64,000 nt of DNA from contig CAIRUC010000025.1 in NCBI GenBank assembly GCA_903881665.1, positions 65,080-129,079 of the forward strand. Reading direction: 5' to 3'. The position numbers and the translations under genes are program-made. Numbering within the stretch: position 1 is the stretch's first letter; each line of letters starts with the position of its first letter. Below are positions 39,002 to 47,246 of the stretch, piece by piece. The notes below the pieces were generated by a model. It saw only the letters and a list, made by a program, of their open reading frames with translations. It made no database searches and was not told where the DNA came from. This DNA comes from an uncultured Bacteroidota bacterium (GTDB lineage: Bacteria > Bacteroidota > Bacteroidia > AKYH767-A > OLB10).

Positions 39002-41092
39002 TTAATAAAACTTACCTCTGTTATCGTCGATGTTTGCTTTTTCACGAAGTGCATTGAATACTTCGTATTGTGAACGTCCTGCTAATTGTTGACGTAATTG
39101 ATTAGCCGCATCTTTGAAATCTTTTGGCATTTGAGGCTCGTTGAAGCTATTTACAACAACAACATAAACTCCGCTAACACCTTTGATAGGAGCAGATACT
39201 TGTCCTGCTTTTAATGTCATTGCCGTTCCAACTACTGTTCCTTCATTTCCAGCATTTCCTAAGAATGGAGAAGCGAAAGAAACGTTTTCTGCAGGATTAA
39301 CAGGTTGTTGAACTGCTGCTGCAATAGCATCTATATTGCTTCCTGCTTTTCCTAATTTCTCGATTAACTGTTGCGCTTTTTTATCGCGACGTGCTTCGTA
39401 TGTTACTTGATCTTTTACTTGTTCTAACGTAGAAAATCCTTTTTCACGAATATCAGTAAGCATCGCAATAACGAAACGATTTCCGAATTCATATGCTTTA
39501 GAGATATCTCCCACTTTAGCGCCAAACGACCAACGAACTAATTCGCGTGAATTTTCAAGAGCTCCAACTTGACGAGCATTTTCAGCTATGTTTTTCTCCG
39601 ATAACTTAGTTAAGTTTTGATCTTTTACTGCTTTATTGTAAGCATCAGCAGTTGCATTTTTATTAGCAAACTCATTCGCCTTAGTAAATACCATCTGGAC
39701 AGTTTTCGTACTTGGCTCAATGCGCTTAGTCACGTTAGCCACTTGAACCTGACGTGATGCTGCACTGATATCTTCCACTTCGGCAATATGTAAACCGAAT
39801 TGAGTTTGAACAATTACAATTTCTCCTTTTTTAGCAGCGAAACAAGCCTCGCTAAATTCTTTCACCATCATTTGTGCGCCAAACCAACCTAAGTCGCCAC
39901 CTTTTTGATTCGCCGCTTGATCAGTTGAATACTGAGCCGCTAACAATTCAAATTTAGCACCGCCTTTTAAAGCTGTTTTAATACTATCGGCACGCATTTT
40001 TATTTCAGCAGCCTTTGCAGGATCCATTTTCAATAAAATGTGACGCGCTTTAACCGAGTCTGCCATCATTTTAGAGCCGGTTAACTTCGACAAACGGTAC
40101 GTACCATTTTCTTCAAAGGGACCAACAACTGTTCCTACTGGAGCAGCAAACATGATAGAATCGATATTGAAAGGAAGTGTGCCTTTTTTATGGAAAGAAG
40201 CATCTAATGGAGCATCTGAATTTGAAGCAACGAAAGCAGAATCATTACTAGCTAATTTAAAGCCTTCTGTAATTTTAGCGATATCATTTGCGGCCGCCTG
40301 ACGATCTACATCAGAGGGAGTAACATCAAAAGTTACATAATCAATTGCGCGACTTGCCACTTGCTTATAACTCTTTAAGTTTTCGTTATAAACTGCTTTA
40401 AGTTCAGCATCACTAACTTCAATTGTACTATCAACAATAGTTGAGAAAGGAATCATTACATACTTCAAAGAAGCTGTACGATTTTTAGCCATGAAATCTT
40501 CTTTTGCTTCAGCAGTAGTTACATAAAGACCTCCTTTTAAAAGATCATTATATTTCTGTTGGAGACGCTCTTGACGCATCGCTTTTTCGAAAATCACCCA
40601 CTGCGCTTTTGTTTTCCCTGTTGGATCATTGTCCATGTTCTTAAGGAAAGTCAATACACTTGAAGGATTGAATTGACCTGTTTTAGGGTCAGTAAAAGCT
40701 TGGCGCACCTGAGGATGTATGTTCTTACCTTGAACCATATCAAACAATTCATCAGAAGAAACCGTTAATCCCAATTTACTAAATTGAGTTCCCAACACTT
40801 CATCATTCACCAATTGGTTCCACGCTTGCTCACGGATTTGATCCATGGTAGCCTGATCAATTGATTCGGTGTTATTTTGAATCTTGTAATTGCCCGCCAT
40901 CTCTTGAACGCGACTTTCAAAATCCATTACATTTATCTTCTGACCGGATATAACACCAACAGAAGTTTCAGTTTTGCTGAATATACCTTTACTCGATGAG
41001 AATAAATCACCAAGAATAAATGCAAACAAGCTGAATCCTACAAAACCTATCAGTAGACCTGCTCTATTCCTGATTTTTCCAATAACTGCCAT
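39002..41092 (-). CDS. ppiD: membrane-anchored periplasmic chaperone/peptidyl-prolyl isomerase (PpiD-like)
   Basis: 696 aa with an N-terminal anchor (LLIGFVGFSLFAFILGDLF), a SurA-N-like region and a parvulin block (ARHILLK...GGDLGWFGAQMMVKEF). Confidence 0.75.
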   Translation of the reverse strand: MAVIGKIRNRAGLLIGFVGFSLFAFILGDLFSSSKGIFSKTETSVGVISGQKINVMDFESRVQEMAGNYKIQNNTESIDQATMDQIREQAWNQLVNDEVLGTQFSKLGLTVSSDELFDMVQGKNIHPQVRQAFTDPKTGQFNPSSVLTFLKNMDNDPTGKTKAQWVIFEKAMRQERLQQKYNDLLKGGLYVTTAEAKEDFMAKNRTASLKYVMIPFSTIVDSTIEVSDAELKAVYNENLKSYKQVASRAIDYVTFDVTPSDVDRQAAANDIAKITEGFKLASNDSAFVASNSDAPLDASFHKKGTLPFNIDSIMFAAPVGTVVGPFEENGTYRLSKLTGSKMMADSVKARHILLKMDPAKAAEIKMRADSIKTALKGGAKFELLAAQYSTDQAANQKGGDLGWFGAQMMVKEFSEACFAAKKGEIVIVQTQFGLHIAEVEDISAASRQVQVANVTKRIEPSTKTVQMVFTKANEFANKNATADAYNKAVKDQNLTKLSEKNIAENARQVGALENSRELVRWSFGAKVGDISKAYEFGNRFVIAMLTDIREKGFSTLEQVKDQVTYEARRDKKAQQLIEKLGKAGSNIDAIAAAVQQPVNPAENVSFASPFLGNAGNEGTVVGTAMTLKAGQVSAPIKGVSGVYVVVVNSFNEPQMPKDFKDAANQLRQQLAGRSQYEVFNALREKANIDDNRGKFY

Positions 41093-41166
41093 AATACTTT
41101 GAATTTCTTGTTAAGGGTGCGAATATACGACTCTAATTTGTACGAAGAAAGGGTTCTAGGGTTCGA

Positions 41167-41197
41167 TTAATGAAAATAGCTGACTGATTTTCATTAA
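41167..41197. other. perfect 11-bp inverted repeat upstream of ppiD
   Basis: TTAATGAAAAT - AGCTGACTG - ATTTTCATTAA, lying between the small membrane ORF and ppiD. No T-tract follows on the minus strand. Confidence 0.4.
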
Positions 41198-41229
41198 AAT
41201 GATAAAAACGGCCTAATTTAACCTTAATT

Positions 41230-41418
41230 TTAGGGGGAACGGTGTTTTTGCATAGTGATTCTTTGCTTCCTACGAACTAACCAAAAAACAGTAGCGATCA
41301 AAGTAAAAAGGAAAAACCAAATAGCGGAAGCCAACGAATCGGTCGTTAATTTAAAAACGCCCATCCCTGCTCCTAGCAGGGTGATGATCAACCATGATAT
41401 TTCCAATATTCGAAGCAT
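41230..41418 (-). CDS. small two-TM membrane protein (hypothetical)
   Basis: 62 aa with two hydrophobic helices (ISWLIITLLGAGMGVF and AIWFFLFTLIATVFWLV) and a basic tail. It starts 4 nt after the lptC-like stop. Confidence 0.45.
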   Translation of the reverse strand: MLRILEISWLIITLLGAGMGVFKLTTDSLASAIWFFLFTLIATVFWLVRRKQRITMQKHRSP

Positions 41419-41421
41419 CGC

Positions 41422-41985
41422 TTATTGCTTTACTGTAATCCGGCCGGTTACATTGAAGATTTTATACCTGCTGAAATCCTGATTCGCCTCAAAACCTTTC
41501 CCCATAATAATTTCTTTTGGAGTGGATATTTTAACAAATTGATCGGAAGATAAGAGTTCTTTTCTTTCGTCCCAAAATAACTTTTCAGTATTCAGCTTTT
41601 CGCCTTTCTCATTTACCACTTCAACATCATTTATTGCCTCCCAACGGTGCTCTAATTCATAATGAATTGCGTATTTGGCCGATAACCTAGATTTCACTTG
41701 ACGGTTCTGATTGAAGAATTCGATCATCATTCCACTAGGCATTTCAGTAATTGCCTTGGGTCTTATTTTCTTTATCATCGAAGCTGCTGTGACCTTCACT
41801 TTCACCATTCCCGAATCGCTATAAAAAGTTTCAAGTCCTTTTATTTCTTCTACAGGATCGTTCAGAGAAGCCGTAACTCTAGCGATCTCTGCATTATCAT
41901 TTTCACAGGAAGCAAAAAAGCAGACTGAAACAGTTGCCGTTGCGAGCAAAATTCTATAAAACAAACGTCTCGCCATTATTTTCAT
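41422..41985 (-). CDS. LptC-like (OstA-fold) lipoprotein
   Basis: 187 aa with a lipobox-like signal (VSVCFFASC) and a beta-rich body of LptC size. It sits in the conserved coaX - OM barrel - lptC neighbourhood, and its start overlaps the upstream gene's stop by 1 nt. Confidence 0.5.
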   Translation of the reverse strand: MKIMARRLFYRILLATATVSVCFFASCENDNAEIARVTASLNDPVEEIKGLETFYSDSGMVKVKVTAASMIKKIRPKAITEMPSGMMIEFFNQNRQVKSRLSAKYAIHYELEHRWEAINDVEVVNEKGEKLNTEKLFWDERKELLSSDQFVKISTPKEIIMGKGFEANQDFSRYKIFNVTGRITVKQ

Positions 41986-43277
41986 TAATCGTATTTACGC
42001 TTCTGGAACCACACTTCATTAAAGGTAAGCCCAAGTACAATTCTAGCGTACTGTTCTTTTATAAGATTATCGGCTGTAGTTCCGCGCTGCCCAAATTCAA
42101 ATGCAATATTCACTGCCGATTGAAGCGATTTGCGGATTGGCAATCCTACTCCTAATGAGACTCCGTATTCATTTAACTGATTGCCTCGCAATTCGAGTGA
42201 AGATTGATTATAATATACTCCCGCTCGGTATTGCACACGATTGAAATAACTGATTGAGGTAATATCTGGAGTAATGCTACCTCCCAAGGCAACGCCCATA
42301 CTACTTTTAGTTGATGTGTCGGCAAAGCCGAAAGATTTATAAGTACTCCAATCTTGATATGTGAAATCTACGCCAGCTTGCCATTTAGTTCCGCTCGTTA
42401 AGTTAAATCCGATTCCGGCATAAGCAGGCAATGTTATCATTCCTGTTACATCAGGTTTATAGAGGATAGTGTCTTTCAAAATATCACTTCCCGAAGATCC
42501 AACGCGATAGTTAACCCACCACAAAGTCCCCTTCGCTTTTACGTTCTGAGCTGGCGCTCCAACGATGCCAATACCCCACATGGTTTTATCGTTAATTTTT
42601 TGCTTCCAATGCAATCCCATTTCAAAGTAAAAATCACTAATATTAATATCGTCTTGATAATTAGTGTTGAACATTATAGTATTAGAGTATTCGGCACGTC
42701 TCTGACGAGAAACTGTCCCAAAAAGATAATCTGCATTAACTCCTAAAGATAGGTTTTTAGTAATATTGGCACCTAGCCCTAAAAAGTATCTCGTGTATCC
42801 ACCATCTCCCTTGTAGTGATTGGTTAATGTTGTTCCTAATGTATCAATATTTGCATTTTTGGTTGAAATAATATTGTACCCTTTTCCACTGTATGGCACA
42901 ATACCAAAAGCTAAACCTATTTTATTTTTCAGAACCGGAAACCCGAGTGAAAGTGTATTTAAGCGGGAATTTGTTTTTTGTACTTTAAGATTGGATTGCG
43001 TTTGTTTTATTACTTCAGCATCAAGACCGAACTCAACTACCATTACTGAATCATAAGCGTATGTAGCTGGATTAGAAAAATTAAGACTTCCGGCAGAGGA
43101 TCCTCCGTAGGCTATTCCGCCCATTCCACGCTGTTGAGAGAACCCTCTAAACAACATTTCACCTATTCCGAAACGAGAGTATGGCGACAAAGTACTTGTT
43201 TGAGCAAATAGACCTGACGACAATAACAAACCGATCATTGCCGGTATTGCCTTTTTATTGATGATGTTGAGCTTCAT
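41985..43277 (-). CDS. outer-membrane beta-barrel protein (uncharacterised, porin/FadL-like)
   Basis: 430 aa with the signal peptide LLLSSGLFAQ and alternating Gly/aromatic beta-strand patterning throughout. It overlaps coaX by 1 nt. Confidence 0.5.
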   Translation of the reverse strand: MKLNIINKKAIPAMIGLLLSSGLFAQTSTLSPYSRFGIGEMLFRGFSQQRGMGGIAYGGSSAGSLNFSNPATYAYDSVMVVEFGLDAEVIKQTQSNLKVQKTNSRLNTLSLGFPVLKNKIGLAFGIVPYSGKGYNIISTKNANIDTLGTTLTNHYKGDGGYTRYFLGLGANITKNLSLGVNADYLFGTVSRQRRAEYSNTIMFNTNYQDDINISDFYFEMGLHWKQKINDKTMWGIGIVGAPAQNVKAKGTLWWVNYRVGSSGSDILKDTILYKPDVTGMITLPAYAGIGFNLTSGTKWQAGVDFTYQDWSTYKSFGFADTSTKSSMGVALGGSITPDITSISYFNRVQYRAGVYYNQSSLELRGNQLNEYGVSLGVGLPIRKSLQSAVNIAFEFGQRGTTADNLIKEQYARIVLGLTFNEVWFQKRKYD

Positions 43278-43996
43278 TATTGATTATAACGCAAGATTTC
43301 CCGTAATCCAGTTAATGTTAGATCTGGGGCTGCAAAGATGAATGTTTTAAGGCTATTATAAAAGTGAAGATAGTCGCCACCGGTAATTACACATATTAAA
43401 TCGGGGAATTGGGAGGAATATTGCGTTATTATTCCATTCATCTCGGCCAACATGCCATAAACCACCCCCGACAGTATCGACTCTTCTGTGTTTTTGCCTA
43501 TCAACGGAATGTTTTCCCTAAAACCAATTAGCGGAAGACGCGCCGTATATTCATGCAATGCTTTAAATCGCATATTCAATCCGGGTGAAATTGCTCCTCC
43601 TTCATATCCAGTGTGCGGATGAAAAAAATCGAATTTAAGGCAAGTGCCGCAATCAATCACTAACACGGGTTGCCCAGGGTATATTGCTGCTACCCCTACT
43701 GCATTAGCAATACGATCGGTGCCCAATGTTTGTGGAGTACCGTAATTATTGGCAATGGGAAGTGGGGTTAAGGAATCAACCGAAAGAACACTTTCTAATG
43801 AATTAATAATGAACCCTAAATAATCAGGAATAGCAATAACGGAAGAAAAAACGAAGGACTTACAATTAAAAGTCTTGAAGAAATTCTCAATATCGTAACG
43901 GTCCGAATAACTAAACTTCTTGCTGACAATCAATTTATTATCATCAAAAAAACCTAGTTTCAATGCAGTATTCCCAAAATCAGCAGCTATAATCAT
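43277..43996 (-). CDS. coaX: type III pantothenate kinase
   Basis: 239 aa with N-terminal MIIAADFGNTALKLG, plus GTDRIANAVG and VIDCGTCLKFD blocks. Confidence 0.88.
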   Translation of the reverse strand: MIIAADFGNTALKLGFFDDNKLIVSKKFSYSDRYDIENFFKTFNCKSFVFSSVIAIPDYLGFIINSLESVLSVDSLTPLPIANNYGTPQTLGTDRIANAVGVAAIYPGQPVLVIDCGTCLKFDFFHPHTGYEGGAISPGLNMRFKALHEYTARLPLIGFRENIPLIGKNTEESILSGVVYGMLAEMNGIITQYSSQFPDLICVITGGDYLHFYNSLKTFIFAAPDLTLTGLREILRYNQ

Positions 43997-44116
43997 CGAG
44001 GCAAAATACGTAAATTGTTATGAATGTAGCACATTGAAAATAAGGCAATAGCAAAATAATTTACTTTATTTCAATATTTCACACCTAAAGACAGCTTGGT
44101 TTTAATGAAAATATTA

Positions 44117-44124
44117 TACTTTTG
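44117..44124 (+). promoter_or_regulatory. Bacteroidota-type -7 box (TACTTTTG) for tRNA-Phe
   Basis: Perfect TAnnTTTG match 13 nt upstream of the first tRNA nucleotide. Confidence 0.5.
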
Positions 44125-44136
44125 CGCCCTCACTAA

Positions 44137-44209
44137 GGTGATGTAGCTCAGTCGGTAGAGCAAAGGACTGAAAATCCTTGTGTCGGCGGTTCGATCCCGT
44201 CCATCACCA
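44137..44209 (+). tRNA. tRNA-Phe (anticodon GAA)
   Basis: GGTGATGTAGCTCAGTCGGTAGAGCAAAGGACTGAAAATCCTTGTGTCGGCGGTTCGATCCCGTCCATCACCA. It has a 7-bp acceptor stem (GGTGATG/CATCACC), a D-loop AGCTCAGTCGGTAGAGC, an anticodon loop CTGAAAA and a T-loop GGTTCGATCC. CCA is not encoded. Confidence 0.95.
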
Positions 44210-44242
44210 CTAAAATTCTTTCAAACTAACGCCTCCATTCTC

Positions 44243-44644
44243 ATGAAAAGTTCACAGGCGCGCTACCGCAAGGTTTTGCTTATTGACGATAATGAGATAG
44301 ACAATTTCATTAATGAAAGAATGATTACTTCAAGTCATTTTGCTGAAGAAGTAGTCGTGAAAAACTCAGCCGACGCTGCGTTGTCTCATCTCCAAGCTTT
44401 AACCGATGCTGCTAACTTCCCTGAAGTAGTATTTTTGGATTTAAACATGCCAGTAAAAGACGGGTTTGACTTCCTAATTGAATTCGAGTTATTACCTACC
44501 GATTTGAAAAACGCCTGTAAAATTGTTGTGCTTTCTTCATCAATTAGTCCAGAAGATATTAACAAGGCATCAACGAATACATATGTATTTAAATACGTAA
44601 ACAAACCATTGAGCGAAAAATATCTCGATGCAATTACCTTTTAG
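44243..44644 (+). CDS. single-domain (CheY-like) response regulator receiver
   Basis: The ATG at 44243 is used because the track start at 44180 lies inside the tRNA. Receiver signature residues are LLIDDNEID, VVFLDLNMP, VVLSSS and KYVNKPL. No output domain is present. Confidence 0.85.
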   Translation: MKSSQARYRKVLLIDDNEIDNFINERMITSSHFAEEVVVKNSADAALSHLQALTDAANFPEVVFLDLNMPVKDGFDFLIEFELLPTDLKNACKIVVLSSSISPEDINKASTNTYVFKYVNKPLSEKYLDAITF

Positions 44645-44662
44645 ATTTAATAGATAAAGATT

Positions 44663-44696
44663 AAGGGGCTATCATTACTGACAGCCCCTTTTTTTA
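44663..44696. terminator. intrinsic terminator between convergent genes
   Basis: AAGGGGCT - 12-nt loop - AGCCCCTT followed by TTTTTTATTT. Confidence 0.75.
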
Positions 44697-44718
44697 TTTA
44701 ACAGATCCCTTATTCTAA

Positions 44719-46176
44719 TTAATCTTTAATCGGGTTACTCATTCGACGAAGAACGTTATCATCGGCACGTACATAGGTAAGTACAGGGAATGTTCCTTTA
44801 TTCATATCTTCAAATTCATGCCACATTTCACCGATCTTCTTCACCTTACGACGATAATCGGCAGGCTTAAGTGCAGTTTTCAATATTTTCATAAAGAATT
44901 TAGCTGACTCAAACTCATCTTCTTGCTCACGCACCTGACGTTTAAGACTACTAATAATTTGCATACATAAACTATCATCACCAATAATACAATACTGAAG
45001 TGCCTGAAACAACTTACAATCTACATCAGTTGCCATATAGTGCTTTAACGACATTTGATTTCTTAGTTCATTCATCTTACGAGCAGCTCCATGGTAATCG
45101 CGCTGATAGTATTTTACCGTTGCTAAAAATCTTTTAAGCGTTATGTAGTGATACGCTTCATTCATATCAACATCTACTTCTTTTTCCAATGATTCGTATC
45201 CGGCTTGGAGATGATCAATATTTCCGTCGATTAAATACTTCAGCACTTTAGAGCGAAGGAATTGAACCAAAAAGAAATGCATCATATGCTTCTCCATCAA
45301 ATCAGGCATCTGTTGGTTTACGCGCTGTAAATAATAATCTGCACGAACAATATTTCCTGTTCTGATGTAATATTCGAAATACATTAAATCAGTAATGCCT
45401 TTAATATTTTGATAAAAAGTATCCATGGGATAATTCTCAAATATCTGCGACATTTTCTGAATTATATTTTCAATTTCTAACTCACGAGCCTTTAATCCGT
45501 CAATTTTATGAGGTAGATTACACAAATAATAAATACGTGCAATATTATATAACACAAACAATCGATGAGAATCATACAACTCGCAAATATTTGCAAGTTC
45601 GCGCTTCATCATAATCACTTCCTCTAAATCAGATTCGCGTTGATTCAATTGATATTCTCCAATCTTTTTAATCATACGGAAAAATAAATTTTCAGCCTTC
45701 GATACAGCTAAAGAAAAAGCAACATGTTTATTAAATTTATTTTCGTAGAACCCATAATCTTCAGTATACAAATGCAATTGAGCAAGTGTTTTATATACTA
45801 AAATCAATTCTGCATTCAGGTCATATTCGATTAACTGTTTTTCTAGTTCGCGTAAAGCTCTAACCGAAAACTCACGATTATTTCCGAATAAATGAGCAGG
45901 AACTCTTGACACCTCATCCATTAATGTTTGGATAGGATTTTGGACCTTTTTACTTAATACCGCAGCGATTTTTGAATTTAGCCGCGATTTTAACGTGTAG
46001 TAAGCGCTGGGATTCACCTGAAGAATCTCCATCATTTCACTGTCTTCAACATCACGTGAACGAGTTGTTTCCAACACTAAAAAAGGCTTGTTTTTTTTCT
46101 TTCCAGACACTTCCATTAGGAGTTGCTGATACTCGTCGTCTGATAATTTCTTGATGGTTTTACTTAGGATGTCCAT
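44719..46176 (-). CDS. hypothetical all-helical protein (possible N-terminal HTH plus TPR-like repeats; regulator-like)
   Basis: 485 aa with no TM or signal peptide. An HTH-like N-terminal stretch reads SEMMEILQVNPSAYYTLKSRLNSKI. The remainder is helical-repeat-like and Tyr/Leu rich. It is divergent from the giant PKD gene cluster. The functional call is inference only. Confidence 0.3.
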   Translation of the reverse strand: MDILSKTIKKLSDDEYQQLLMEVSGKKKNKPFLVLETTRSRDVEDSEMMEILQVNPSAYYTLKSRLNSKIAAVLSKKVQNPIQTLMDEVSRVPAHLFGNNREFSVRALRELEKQLIEYDLNAELILVYKTLAQLHLYTEDYGFYENKFNKHVAFSLAVSKAENLFFRMIKKIGEYQLNQRESDLEEVIMMKRELANICELYDSHRLFVLYNIARIYYLCNLPHKIDGLKARELEIENIIQKMSQIFENYPMDTFYQNIKGITDLMYFEYYIRTGNIVRADYYLQRVNQQMPDLMEKHMMHFFLVQFLRSKVLKYLIDGNIDHLQAGYESLEKEVDVDMNEAYHYITLKRFLATVKYYQRDYHGAARKMNELRNQMSLKHYMATDVDCKLFQALQYCIIGDDSLCMQIISSLKRQVREQEDEFESAKFFMKILKTALKPADYRRKVKKIGEMWHEFEDMNKGTFPVLTYVRADDNVLRRMSNPIKD

Positions 46177-46470
46177 TTTCTTTTGGGATTAAATTTAATG
46201 CCTGGGATTATGTGACCTCTTACGTGAAATGTTTATGTAAGGTTCTATTTGTTTTTAACTTTTTTCATTATTCAAGGCAAACATCAATCATTAATAATAA
46301 ATGTAACCTTATTATAAAACCTCCGTATGATGAAAGCCGCAGCACAACATATCGTCAACTATAACGGGTAATAAATAAAAATTACCTACCTGATCAATAA
46401 TTGAAAAAATATTACAACTGCGATTACCTTTCACCGACAATTGTAGAAATGTAATCACGAATAGAAATAT

Positions 46471-46494
46471 GAAAATGATTGCGAAAATGATTGC
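46471..46494. repeat. tandem 12-mer (GAAAATGATTGC x2, degenerate third copy)
   Basis: Direct reading of 46471-46482 and 46483-46494, in the divergent intergenic region. Confidence 0.8.
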
Positions 46495-46584
46495 GAAAAA
46501 AATGAATAAATACTGTATTTCTTACAATTGGAAGAAGTGTAACCTTTCGCATCAATGTTACGTTAAGATGCATGTAAATTACTA

Positions 46585-47178
46585 ATGACCAAAAACTTTA
46601 AGGAGGATTATAAAATGAACCACACTGACCACCACGAAGATTTCTACAAAACTATCCGCGAAAACAGGATGTTGATGTATTCGAAGCCAAAGCGTTATTT
46701 CAATAGAGATGAACAACAAGGTTCCGCGTTCAAATTTTTATTCTTAATTGAAACAGTAGTGTTTCTTATTTTGATGGCCGCTGCTGGATCGAGTATGGCA
46801 CAATCATCGCCAAAGAACGTAATGGCTATTTCGGCAGGAAATCAAGGTTCCATGAATATTTATAATTACAACTCTATTTATAATTCAGGAAAAGTGTTCG
46901 TAAGTTGGACATCGAAAAATGAACCTGAAGATTGTGTTTATATTGTTGAACGTTCAGAAAACGGAAAAGATTTTGCATCAGTAGGTGTTAAAGAAGGCAT
47001 CGGAGCAGAAATAGAATTATACTACAGTTGGATCGATCAGACACCACCTGCTGGATTTTCATACTATAGAGTTAAGAAGATAACTAAAGAAGGAAATCAA
47101 TTATACAGTTCGGTGAATTCTGTAATTAACCAGTCTTCCAACTTTAACAATTATGCTCAAGGCGCGGGAGAAAAGTAA
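46585..47178 (+). CDS. single-pass membrane protein with extracytoplasmic Fn3-like module (hypothetical)
   Basis: 197 aa with a cytoplasmic His/charged N-terminus and one TM segment (FLFLIETVVFLILMAAAGSSMA). The Fn3-like module reads VFVSWTSKNEPEDCVYIVERSENGKDF...FSYYRVKKITKEGN. An internal ATG at 46615 is preceded by AGGAGG (46601-46606) and may be the true start. Confidence 0.55.
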   Translation: MTKNFKEDYKMNHTDHHEDFYKTIRENRMLMYSKPKRYFNRDEQQGSAFKFLFLIETVVFLILMAAAGSSMAQSSPKNVMAISAGNQGSMNIYNYNSIYNSGKVFVSWTSKNEPEDCVYIVERSENGKDFASVGVKEGIGAEIELYYSWIDQTPPAGFSYYRVKKITKEGNQLYSSVNSVINQSSNFNNYAQGAGEK

Positions 47179-47246
47179 AACTTCTTTTTCACACTTAGCA
47201 TACCAACCAAATCAACCAACCAAAACATTTTAAAAACTAGGTCAAA

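Noticed and set aside
44180-44242. N-terminal extension of the response-regulator ORF (track start 44180).
   Set aside because: The extension begins inside tRNA-Phe (44137-44209). The receiver domain begins right after the internal ATG at 44243.
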